Part shown: positions 40,881-50,600 of the stretch, piece by piece
Layout: each line of letters opens with the position of its first letter
How positions within the stretch are numbered: position 1 is the stretch's first letter
IMG/VR virus record: IMGVR_UViG_3300032227_000235
Location: 1-61,208 of that record
Strand: one strand, 5' to 3'
DNA length: 61,208 nucleotides
DNA from: a virus
Lineage: Duplodnaviria; Caudoviricetes
The notes under the pieces: model-generated
Told to the model about the DNA's origin: nothing
Seen by the model: only the letters and a program-made list of their open reading frames with translations
Databases searched by the model: none
Translations under genes and position numbers: made by a program

Positions 40881-41058
40881 TTGCATGACTACATTTGTCC
40901 ATAAAAGGGACATTAGGTTTGTCAATAGTCTTGGGAATATTTATTTTTAACCGATTGCAATGGTAGCATATCGAATGCTTTTAGGTCATAATCACTGGAC
41001 GGAAAGTGAGCAACTAATGGGCGGCGTTTTGAATTGCGCCGCCTCTTTTTTTAGGAGA

Positions 41059-41340
41059 GTGAGCATTTCCAGCGACGGCATGTCGGACCTAGAGCGTCAG
41101 CGCAGATCTAATATATTTAAGAAGGTCCGAATTGGCCTTGGCTTATCGCATGTCGCCTTTGCTAAATTGGTAGAGGTTGATTCTCGCGTTGTTCGTCGAT
41201 GGGAGAATGTAGAGCGTGATATACCCGGACCTGTATGGCTAATAGTTGAATTGCTCTGTGAATTGCCAGAGGTCAGGGAATATTTAGATCTCGAATTAGA
41301 TCCTGAATGGGTAAATCTCGACATAAGCAAGAAGGCATGA
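41059..41340 (+). CDS. XRE-family HTH regulator
   Basis: R..LGLS...FAKLV.V..R.VRRWE..ERDIPGPV; AGGAGA RBS before GTG. Confidence 0.75.
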   Translation: MSISSDGMSDLERQRRSNIFKKVRIGLGLSHVAFAKLVEVDSRVVRRWENVERDIPGPVWLIVELLCELPEVREYLDLELDPEWVNLDISKKA

Positions 41341-41440
41341 ATTAACAGGTTAGACAGCCTGAAGGTTTCTTTTGCTTTTAACGACTGCTATTGTATGATA
41401 TATCATTGAATACAATGATATAGCTAAGATCGGGCTGATT

Positions 41441-41941
41441 GTGGCTTCAAAAAAGACAGGCAATCCGGTTGGTCGTCCTTCTAGCTACTCTGAAGAGCTA
41501 GCAGAAGAGCTATGCCGTCGTGTCATGTCAGGTCGCAATTTAATATCAGTGCTTGATGATGAGGACATGCCGTCTACGCATTCTGTATGGCGGTGGATGA
41601 GTAGTCGTCCAGATTTTGCGTTACGAATCATAACAGCAAGAGAGATCCTTGGTGAGCGTTATGCTGAGAAGGTTTTGTCTGCTGCTGAAGGCTTATCGGA
41701 CAAGGAAGATGTTCCTGTCGTAACTGCCAAGATGCGGGCATGGATGTGGGCTGCGTCAAAGTATGCTCCCAAGATTTATTCAGAGCGCATAGCAGGTGCA
41801 TTGGCGGCGCAGTTGAATGTTCAGATTAACAACGACAATCGATCGGTTAATCTTTCTCATATGACGATTGATGAGAAGGCTGAATTGCGCCGGCTATTAG
41901 AGAAGGCGAAGTCGCCTATCGGGCTGGTGGAGGGTGACTAG
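41441..41941 (+). CDS. terS: Terminase small subunit
   Basis: GRPSSYSEELAEELC...MPS..SVWRW...W.ASK.APK.Y. Confidence 0.85.
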   Translation: MASKKTGNPVGRPSSYSEELAEELCRRVMSGRNLISVLDDEDMPSTHSVWRWMSSRPDFALRIITAREILGERYAEKVLSAAEGLSDKEDVPVVTAKMRAWMWAASKYAPKIYSERIAGALAAQLNVQINNDNRSVNLSHMTIDEKAELRRLLEKAKSPIGLVEGD

Positions 41942-42191
41942 GATTAAGAAGGATAGCAACTGCTTTCTTCTTTATAAGGAGATCGTGCTTTTGATTGAGG
42001 CTTCTGGTGTCGAAGGTGAAGACATTATTGATGCTCTAGTGAGTGCGATCAGTAAGACGATTGTCTATGACGCTCCTGATCGTCAGACGGCATTCGAATG
42101 GAACGATATGGTTGGTTACATGTTGGATTCGGTGATTGCTAATTCAGATGCGGATGGATCTGCAAGCTGGTCTAGGTCGAGGTATCACTAA
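41934..42191 (+). CDS. Hypothetical protein
   Basis: Coupled ORF after terS. Confidence 0.55.
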   Translation: MTRIKKDSNCFLLYKEIVLLIEASGVEGEDIIDALVSAISKTIVYDAPDRQTAFEWNDMVGYMLDSVIANSDADGSASWSRSRYH

Positions 42192-42754
42192 TGGATAGTG
42201 GTTATTACCGGTTTATCTTTAAGACCGTCGGTGAGCCATTAGAGATGGTTAGACAGGCAAGGGAGGCATATTTGACAGGCAAGCTAGGACAGGGTCGGAC
42301 TGGTCTACATGAGGATGGATCGGTCGCATATGATGAGATTGATCCTGAAGATAAGGTTAGGTTGTTTCTGCAAAGGGATATGCCTGAAGTCTCATATGAG
42401 GCTTTTGAGAAAATATGGGTGGAGAATGAATCTCTGCGGGATCGGATTGTTCATGCGCAACGGGCCTATGATCAGGAGCATGACGCGGCGGTAAAGAATT
42501 ACCGGCTTTATACGGTTGCGGTCAGGGCTAACAAGGATGTGATGAATACCGCCGATGCGAAGGTTTCCGCGGCTGAGTTTCTAGCGAAAAAGGCGGAAGA
42601 GGCTAGCACAGCAAGGCTGAAGCAGTTGCAAGACCATCGTGAGAGGTCTGAAAAGAAGATTGCCAAGATGCAGGATGAGTTGAAAGCCGCCAAGCTAAAG
42701 ATCAAGGAATTGCAGAAGTCTGTCACGGCCATGAAGAAGGCGAAGGGCAAATGA
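42191..42754 (+). CDS. Hypothetical coiled-coil protein
   Basis: Coupled ORF; heptad-rich C-terminal half. Confidence 0.6.
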   Translation: MDSGYYRFIFKTVGEPLEMVRQAREAYLTGKLGQGRTGLHEDGSVAYDEIDPEDKVRLFLQRDMPEVSYEAFEKIWVENESLRDRIVHAQRAYDQEHDAAVKNYRLYTVAVRANKDVMNTADAKVSAAEFLAKKAEEASTARLKQLQDHRERSEKKIAKMQDELKAAKLKIKELQKSVTAMKKAKGK

Positions 42755-42990
42755 GTGACGCGAGTGTTCCACATTGCGATGAGTGCGAATTGCCGGAGTA
42801 TGCCTGTATTTGTGAGGATGAGATATTTCATGTTCAGTTATCTGAAGGGTTGATGGCGCATGGTCCTTTAACGCCAAGTAAGGATGCGTTGCTGATGTTT
42901 ATAGGTTGTCAGCAAGAGGTGATTGCCGAGTTGAAGGCTGAGAATGCCAAGTTACAGGCGCGTCTGAAGGAATTGGCGGAGGGCGAATGA
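42751..42990 (+). CDS. Hypothetical protein with CxxC...CxC
   Basis: ATGA overlaps on both sides. Confidence 0.55.
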   Translation: MSDASVPHCDECELPEYACICEDEIFHVQLSEGLMAHGPLTPSKDALLMFIGCQQEVIAELKAENAKLQARLKELAEGE

Positions 42991-43196
42991 CTGAGGGCGA
43001 TATTGAACGGCTGTGCATGATGCTGGATGACAAGGAGCGACAGCTAGAGGTGATGAAGTCAGCGTGTGACCGATATGCCAAGGAGCGGTCTGATTTGGTT
43101 GAATGCCTAAACTATTTTGTGTCTGACAAGTATCAGATGCCGCTAGCGAGGGCGATCCAGCGCGCCAAGGCTGTTCTGGAAGGGAAGGGCCTATGA
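42987..43196 (+). CDS. Hypothetical protein
   Basis: ATGA overlaps on both sides. Confidence 0.55.
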   Translation: MTEGDIERLCMMLDDKERQLEVMKSACDRYAKERSDLVECLNYFVSDKYQMPLARAIQRAKAVLEGKGL

Positions 43197-43393
43197 CTGA
43201 ATTATCCCTGCTTGAAAAACTACGCCTAGCCCATGTCACAACCGGGCAGAGGATGCTCGGTGAGGCGGCTGAACGGATTGAGGCGTTAGAGGCAGCGTTA
43301 AAGCCGTTTGCTGAACTAGGCGATAAATTCTCTGACAGCGAAGTGTTGGAACACATACGCCAAGCCAGCAAGGCATTAGGAGAGAAGCAGTGA
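43193..43393 (+). CDS. Hypothetical protein
   Basis: EAAERIEALEAALKPFA motif common in alphaproteobacterial phages. Confidence 0.6.
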   Translation: MTELSLLEKLRLAHVTTGQRMLGEAAERIEALEAALKPFAELGDKFSDSEVLEHIRQASKALGEKQ

Positions 43394-43563
43394 CATATGT
43401 CCTCATGCTGTGTGTATTCATGTCGTCGAGCGGTGAAAGCTGTGATGATGTCGGCCAGTATAAGACGATGGAGGCGTGTCAGGCTGAAGCCGCCAAGCAC
43501 TCGTCTACTGGATTTGAGAAGTATCGCTGTGAGGTAAGAAGCGCCAGAAGCGGGCGCCGGTGA
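43390..43563 (+). CDS. 57-aa Cys-containing exported-type protein (not in ORF track)
   Basis: GTG start overlapping previous stop; TYVLMLC...Y.TMEACQ..A...C. Confidence 0.5.
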   Translation: MTYVLMLCVFMSSSGESCDDVGQYKTMEACQAEAAKHSSTGFEKYRCEVRSARSGRR

Positions 43564-43572
43564 GTAGGTGAG

Positions 43573-45225
43573 ATGTTTGAAGAGGCTGAACAGGATCAAC
43601 TGATAGGTCAGCTAATCCGGGATGTCGGTGAGCCTAGCTACATCGAGGAGGTCCGGGAAGAGTGCGCGAATAGCCTGTATGCCTTTATCGAACATTGCTG
43701 GCCTATCTGTGAGCCAAGTATGCCCTTTGCCGGCAACTGGCACATTCGGTTCATCTGTGAGCATTTGGAAGCGATTACGAATGGTGTCCAGTATGAGGAT
43801 GGGTCGTATTACAACCGTCTACTGGTGAACATTCCTCCGGGCTGTATGAAGAGCCTATTGGTGAATGTGTTCTGGCCTCTATGGGAATGGGGCCCGAAGA
43901 ATATGGCGCATCTTCGATATATCTGCGCCTCGCACTCTCAGGACATTGCGATCCGCGACGGTCTTCGTATGCGCAGGGTCGTGGAGAGTAAGTGGTATCA
44001 GAAGCTCTGGCCTAATGTTCGGTTGACTAGTGATCAAAACCAAAAGACGCGGTTTGAGAACACGGCTAGTGGTTGGCGTATGGCTGCGGCGGCTGGATCA
44101 ATTACGGGCCATCGTGCGGATAGGATCGTTATAGATGATCCGATTTCGATGAAGGATTCGATGTCTGCTCAGATTAAAGAGACGACGAATACATGGCTGA
44201 GTGAGGCTGTTCCTACTCGTCTGTCTAGCCCTGAGAAGTCAGCCATACTTATGATCATGCAACGCCTCTCGGAGGACGATCCATCAGGCTATGTGTTGGA
44301 CAATTGGGCCGATGATTGGGATCATATCTGCTTGCCGATGAGATATGAGAGCGCAAGGTCGTTTCCGACTAAGCTAGGTTATGAAGATCCTAGAACGGAA
44401 GAGGGCCAGCTATTATTCCCGGATCGTTTTCCGCCTGACGTTGTAGACCGCGATGAGAAGGCTATGGGTGTTTGGGCTACTGCTGGTCAGCATCAGCAAG
44501 CACCGAGTCCTCGCGGTGGCGGTATTTTGCCACGATCGGCATGGCAACTATGGGAGACGGATAACTATCCTAACTTCGACTATGTGGTGGCTACTCTAGA
44601 TACGGCGTTTACGACTAAGGAGGAGAATGATCCTTCTGCGATGTGCATCTTTGGTGTGTGGTCTGGCGCCGATGATGTAGCGCGGATCGGGCGCAACATT
44701 GCTAGCCGTGAGGATTCGGAAGCGATCGTAGCGCGACAGATGCAGGATGGTCATCCCAAGGTCATGCTGATGTATGCCTGGAACGAGCGCCTGGAATTCC
44801 ATGATTTGGTGGAGCGAGTTAGAGAGGCTTGCGTTCGGTATCAGGTCGATAATCTGATTATTGAGAACAAGGCTGCTGGCATATCGGTGGCGCAAGAGTT
44901 GCGGCGTGTTTATGGGTCTGCCGGTTTTGGTGTTCAGCTAGTCGATCCGAAGAATGCGGATAAGGTTTCGAGGCTTTATGCGATCCAGCATTTATTCATG
45001 GATGGTTTGGTTTATGCGCCGGACAAGACATGGTCTGAACAAGTGATCCATCAATGTTCTGTGTTCCCGAAAAGCAAGCATGACGACTTGGTTGACTGCG
45101 TGTCGATGGGCATGAGCCATTTGCGTAAGACGGGCGCCTTGTTGCGTGGTCGTGAATATACTGAGCAACTCAGTGATTCTATTCTGCATAGAGGTGCGCC
45201 GCCGACGCCATTATATCAGTGCTAG
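43573..45225 (+). CDS. terL: Terminase large subunit
   Basis: NIPPGCMKS Walker A, IVIDDP Walker B, MQRL, DTA and HDDLVD nuclease motifs. Confidence 0.95.
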   Translation: MFEEAEQDQLIGQLIRDVGEPSYIEEVREECANSLYAFIEHCWPICEPSMPFAGNWHIRFICEHLEAITNGVQYEDGSYYNRLLVNIPPGCMKSLLVNVFWPLWEWGPKNMAHLRYICASHSQDIAIRDGLRMRRVVESKWYQKLWPNVRLTSDQNQKTRFENTASGWRMAAAAGSITGHRADRIVIDDPISMKDSMSAQIKETTNTWLSEAVPTRLSSPEKSAILMIMQRLSEDDPSGYVLDNWADDWDHICLPMRYESARSFPTKLGYEDPRTEEGQLLFPDRFPPDVVDRDEKAMGVWATAGQHQQAPSPRGGGILPRSAWQLWETDNYPNFDYVVATLDTAFTTKEENDPSAMCIFGVWSGADDVARIGRNIASREDSEAIVARQMQDGHPKVMLMYAWNERLEFHDLVERVREACVRYQVDNLIIENKAAGISVAQELRRVYGSAGFGVQLVDPKNADKVSRLYAIQHLFMDGLVYAPDKTWSEQVIHQCSVFPKSKHDDLVDCVSMGMSHLRKTGALLRGREYTEQLSDSILHRGAPPTPLYQC

Positions 45226-45290
45226 ACTAGATTTATCCTACGACTGCCATTATAGTCATACATCCGCAGTCGATAGGGTCGCGCACCATT

Positions 45291-47621
45291 ATGCCTATTG
45301 TTCCGGGCGTTTCGCCTTCAATTCGTAATCTAGGCTTGGGTGCCGTTCCTGATTCAGTGGTTCCTGAAGTGGAGCCACAAGAGCCTGAAGTTATCCTTGG
45401 CGATATCGAGGCTAATCCTCTTTTGAAGGTTGAGAACGAAGACGGATCGATCACGATCTCTTTGGATGGCAAGCCTGTTGTTCCGGACGATGATGATGCT
45501 TCGAGCGCGAAGGAGTGGTTTCGCAATCTCGTTGAAGACATAGATCAGATGGAGCTATCTCGCATAGCGAATGAATTGCTTGATGGCATACAGGATGATC
45601 TGGATAGTCGGATTGATTGGGTTGAGGACCGTGCGCATGGGATGCGTCTGCTTGGTCTGAAGATTGAAGGTGGCTCGGTTTCTTCATCTGGTGACGGTGC
45701 GCCGGTTGAGGGCATGTCTAGGGTTCGTCATCCATTACTGCTTGAGGCGGTATTGCGGTTTCAGGCGAATGCTTCTGCTGAATTGCTTCCTACTGATGGG
45801 CCTGTGAAGGTTAAGGTAGTCACAAGCGGCTCTATGATTGAGGCCGATGAGATGGCCAATAACCTAGAGGCGGATCTTAATTACTATCTGACGATCCGGG
45901 CGCCTGAATATTATCCTGACACCGATCGCATGTTGAACATGCTTGGGTTTGGCGGGACATGTTTCAAGAAGGTTTATTTCTGTCCATTGCGTGGTCGTCC
46001 TGTATCAGAGTCGGTCGATGCAGAAGACCTGATAGTGAACAATGCTGCTACGACGCTGGAGGATGCTCGGCGTGTAACGCATCGTGTGAGTATGCGCCCA
46101 TCTACGGTGCGCCGGATGCAGATCCTTGGTGTTTACCGGGATGTAGATCTTCTAACGCCAAAGCCGGCTGATAATGACGCTGTGAAGCAAGAGAAGGCTG
46201 AACAGCAAGGTGTGTCTCTTGATTCTATGAATCCTGACGATCGTGATCGTGAGATCTACGAATGCTATTGCGAATTAGATATCAAAGAATTCGAGCATAA
46301 GCACAAGGGCAAGCTCTCTGGGTTAGAGATCCCGTATCGTGTGACGATTGATGTTTCCTCTCGTGAGATCTTGTCGATAACGCGGAACTACGATGAGCCT
46401 ACCGGAGAAGAGGGAGATATTCTCCCACGAGCGCGCAAGAATTTTGTCAAATATAGTTTTGTTCCCGGCATGGGTTTTTACGATATCGGTTTATTGCATA
46501 TTCTGGGCAATACGACGCAAGCGGTCACGGCGATGTGGCGTGAGATGCTGGACGCTGGCATGTTTGCAAACTTTCCGGGTGCGCTTATCGCTGATACTGG
46601 CGCCCGCCAACAAACGAATATCTTTCGCGTTCCTCCCGGTGGTGCGGCTGTTGTTAAGACCGGTGGTTTGCCGATTAATCAGGCGGTGATGCCGCTTCCA
46701 TATAAGGAGCCTGGTCCGGCTAGTTTTAATCTTGTTCAGTCGATGGTTGAGACGGGCCAGAGATTAGGTGGCACGGCTGAGTTGCAAGTTGGTGAGGGTC
46801 GTCAAGATGCGCCGGTAGGAACGACGCTAGCGATGATTGATCAAGCCACGAAGGTTATGAATAGCGTTCACAAGCGGTTGCATAGGGCGCAAGCGGAAGA
46901 GTTTAGACTTCTAGTTCGGACGTTCCGTGAGCATCCCGATAGTTTCCTGCGAGACAAGTCTATTGCTGGTCGCTGGACAGAGAAGCTGTTTATTGAGGCT
47001 CTCAATCAATATGACCTGACGCCACAGGCTGATCCTAACACGGCCAGTCAGATGCAACGGCAGATGAAGGTCGATGTTCTTAAATCGATGCAGCAAGCTA
47101 ATCCATCTTTGTATGATGCGGCTGCTGTAGATATTGCGGCGTTACGATCGATCGGGTGGAGCAATCCAGAGCAGTTTATGGTCTCGCCAGATAAGCGTGA
47201 CTCGATGCCGCCTGACATGCAGATGCAAGTTGAGGCTGTCAAAGCTCAGAGCAAGGCTGCTGACGCTAAGATGATTGACAGTCAGACGAAGGCTAATCTT
47301 GCGAAGGCTCAGATTGGCAAGATCCAGCATGAGATCCAGACGGGTGGTGAGGGCGCCAACCCTGCTGATCCGATGGCTGGCATGGAGATGCAATTAAAGA
47401 AGCAAGAGATCGATGCGAAGTCACAAGAGGCTTTGCTTGATGCGATCAATCGTCAGAGGGATCGTGAATCGCGTGAGCGCCTAGCTGCGGTGAGGCTGGC
47501 TGAGAACACGGCGAAGAATCCAATGGGTGCGGGTGTGATCGATAAGATGGTTGATCCCGGACTGATGGATCGTTTGCAGAACAATGAAAAGCCTGTGCCG
47601 GGAACAGAAGGTGCATACTGA
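45291..47621 (+). CDS. Portal protein
   Basis: HPLLLEA..RFQA.A..ELLP.DGPV, FKKVY, GFY.IGL.H.LG, APVGTTLA; directly after terL. Confidence 0.9.
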   Translation: MPIVPGVSPSIRNLGLGAVPDSVVPEVEPQEPEVILGDIEANPLLKVENEDGSITISLDGKPVVPDDDDASSAKEWFRNLVEDIDQMELSRIANELLDGIQDDLDSRIDWVEDRAHGMRLLGLKIEGGSVSSSGDGAPVEGMSRVRHPLLLEAVLRFQANASAELLPTDGPVKVKVVTSGSMIEADEMANNLEADLNYYLTIRAPEYYPDTDRMLNMLGFGGTCFKKVYFCPLRGRPVSESVDAEDLIVNNAATTLEDARRVTHRVSMRPSTVRRMQILGVYRDVDLLTPKPADNDAVKQEKAEQQGVSLDSMNPDDRDREIYECYCELDIKEFEHKHKGKLSGLEIPYRVTIDVSSREILSITRNYDEPTGEEGDILPRARKNFVKYSFVPGMGFYDIGLLHILGNTTQAVTAMWREMLDAGMFANFPGALIADTGARQQTNIFRVPPGGAAVVKTGGLPINQAVMPLPYKEPGPASFNLVQSMVETGQRLGGTAELQVGEGRQDAPVGTTLAMIDQATKVMNSVHKRLHRAQAEEFRLLVRTFREHPDSFLRDKSIAGRWTEKLFIEALNQYDLTPQADPNTASQMQRQMKVDVLKSMQQANPSLYDAAAVDIAALRSIGWSNPEQFMVSPDKRDSMPPDMQMQVEAVKAQSKAADAKMIDSQTKANLAKAQIGKIQHEIQTGGEGANPADPMAGMEMQLKKQEIDAKSQEALLDAINRQRDRESRERLAAVRLAENTAKNPMGAGVIDKMVDPGLMDRLQNNEKPVPGTEGAY

Positions 47622-50600
47622 TGAGTGATGATTTACGCCGCCGCCAAGGAGCTAGTCCATCTGCTGATTTAGGATCAGTAACGCCTCGACATGCTCCTGT
47701 GTTGAATACTCCTGCTGCTAGGCAAGGCCGCGGATTGTCGTTTGGCGAGTGGATGTATCGCAAGGGCCTTCTTAATCCTAATGATTATGCCCTAGCTCGC
47801 GGTGGTAGCGCGAATGATCGCGGCCATTTTGATGGCGGTGGTGCGGCTGCAACTGTTCTCCCGCCGGGAGCTAATCCGGCTGAAGGTTGGATGCCCTATG
47901 ATGGGCCTGTAGTTAATCAAGCCGCGGGTATGCCTGGTGCTATGCCTGGTGCTATGCCTAGCGCCAATTCCGTTCCTAACAACGGATCTAGCATAGCCAA
48001 TGTGTCTACGCCTCCTAATTGGGCTGACACATATGTTGGTGATCTTTATCAGACACTATTAGGCCGGCAAGCTGATCAGGGCGGTTTGGATTATTGGTCT
48101 GATCAATTAGATGATGGATTAATTCAAAGACAAGATCTTGTCCCGCATTTTCTGAATTCTGCTGAATATCAGAATTTATATAAAACCAATCCTAATGAAG
48201 CAATTAAAGACTTATACGCCACTACCTTGGATCGTGATCCGGATCAGGGCGGCTTAGATTATTGGACAGCTCGTGCCAAAGAAGGCATGACCTCTGACCA
48301 GATGTTAAGCCAATTTAGACTTGCTGATGAATATAAAAACGCAAATAAAATTACGGATGCTTTTTTAAGGTATGGGAATCAATATCCTACTGATAGCCAG
48401 ATGGCGGCGGCTCAAGAGCAGCTAAGGCTTGGCAAGGATATAGATCAATACATTGTCGATTTGCCAGAAACCCAAAGGTTTTATTTTGATAGTGCATATA
48501 GAAATGCTTTGGGAAGAGGCGTTGATGATTCTGGCTATAATTATTGGTCAAATGCGCTTCAAAACGGTGATGTAACGCCTGATCAATTTTTAGATACTCT
48601 TTACAATACGCAAGAGGCTAAGGATTATTATAATAGCAATATTATTAAGGATGCTTTCCATAGTTATTTAGGCAGGGCGCCGACTAGCCAAGAAAACAGC
48701 GATTTTCTAAATAGAGTAAATACTTATGCGAGTCAGAACCAAAATAACTATGATACAGCGTATGATAGAATTGAAGCTGAATTAGCTAATTGGCCTAATG
48801 CTAGGAGTTACTCGCAATCGAATGCTGCTCCGTATCAAGTTGCTTCTGCGGCTACTATGTCGGATGCAGAACAGCCTACGTTAAAAACGGCGCATGATTT
48901 TTCTCACCAAAATCTTTGGGAAGTTAATAGTTTTGGGAGTGATGCTGAAAAAATTGGCGCTTTAGTTCAGCAAGAAGGCGGTAGGTTTGTTGATCAGATT
49001 CTTGATCCAAACACATCGAACGATGTCAAGTTCCAAGCGATGCGTGAGATTGAGGGCATTGCTAACGTGGTGATGAACCGCGCTGCTGTTGGCTATAAAA
49101 ACAACAACACTGGTGGTTGGTTTACGACAAGAGGATATGATCCTAAGAGCATTGTTTCTCAGATTTTAGCGCCCTATGCCTTCTCTGCAATGAACAGCGC
49201 AGCAAGGGATAAGAAGACTGGCCTCCCGTTAGCCAAAGCAGGCTATGAAGCAATACAAAGATACAAGGATCTTAAAGATACGGCGGGCTATAAGCCGATT
49301 ATGGACGTATTGAAGGAGATTGTCGCCAACAAGCGCGTTGATCTTACTGATGGCAGCACTGATTACAAAGCAAATTATATTCACCCTTATTGGGCAAAAC
49401 ACGGCCCATTGAAATTAATAACTGATCTTGGTGGGCCGCCAAAGCCTAAGCAATCTTACCATCAGTTTTACGGAACACCAAAGTTAAGAGAGCAAGCGAA
49501 GAAGGCTAGAGGCTTTACGTTTGAGGTTGGTGTTGATCCCGGCGGCGGAGCTACTCCTCCTAGTAGCGGTGGCAGCGGTGGAACTGGTGGCGGATATCCA
49601 CCACCACCACCACCGGGCGGTGGACCACCATCCGGAGGAGGATTTGAAGGCGTCGGTGGCGTCGGAGGCAACGGTGGCGTCGGTGGTAACGGTGGCGCTG
49701 GTGGCGATGCAGGAGGCGTCGGAGGCAACACAGGTGGTCATACAGGTGGCCACACAGGCGGACATACAGGTGGTCATACAGGTGGTCACACAGGTGGTCA
49801 TGGTGGCGATGTTCATGGTGGCCACACTGGTGGCGCTGGTGGCATAAGTTTTGGCCCGGAAAGCATGGGCGGTGGACATCATGCAAGCGGTCACGGCGCT
49901 GTTGATCCGTATTTTGGTCATGCCGGTAGCTCTGTCTACGATCCTCATAAAAACGGAATTGTTGCATCAGCAGATTGGGAATATGATTACGCAAGAAAAC
50001 GCGGCGGTCGTATTAACAAAGACCACGGCGGCTCTGTTGACGACGCATTGAGGCGAATGGGTTTTAATGCGGGCGGCTCCGGCCCGGATGAAGACGAACT
50101 GGAGCGCAAGGCACATCAATCTCTTTGGGAGCAAACCAAAGAGGCAACTCATAATGCGTATGTGAATACGATCCCGTCGAATGTCCGCCTGCTTGGCGAG
50201 ACGATGATGGGTGTTGATACGCCTATAACAGAGCGTGATTTCCCGGCTAGCGATTTAGACGCGATGCGCGCCCAATTATCTACGTCTAAGAGAATGGCGG
50301 AAGACCGAGAGAACAATCTTCGTGAAATAGCGAAGATATCTCCGCAAGAATATGCGCGCACAGACCAAGCAAAGGGTAAGCTGACATTTGATAACCAAGG
50401 CAATCCGAAAATTAGTCAGGAAAGCTACGAAGACTTTATGGGTGGCGTTAGGAAGAGGCTGGATTCTTTTGATGCTACACGAGGGAAGACGACTGTAGGT
50501 GGCTATCGAGATCATGCTGGTTTGGACAATTACGGGTGGAAGCAAGCTATTGATCGATCGATATATGATCCGGATTTTCGGGTAGCGACGACGCTAGGTC

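Noticed and set aside
42952-43599. 215-aa antisense ORF
   Set aside because: Opposite a chain of coupled plus-strand ORFs; composition typical of a shadow frame
49468-49994. His/Arg-rich and Pro-rich antisense ORFs
   Set aside because: By-products of the Gly-rich and TGGH repeats on the plus strand
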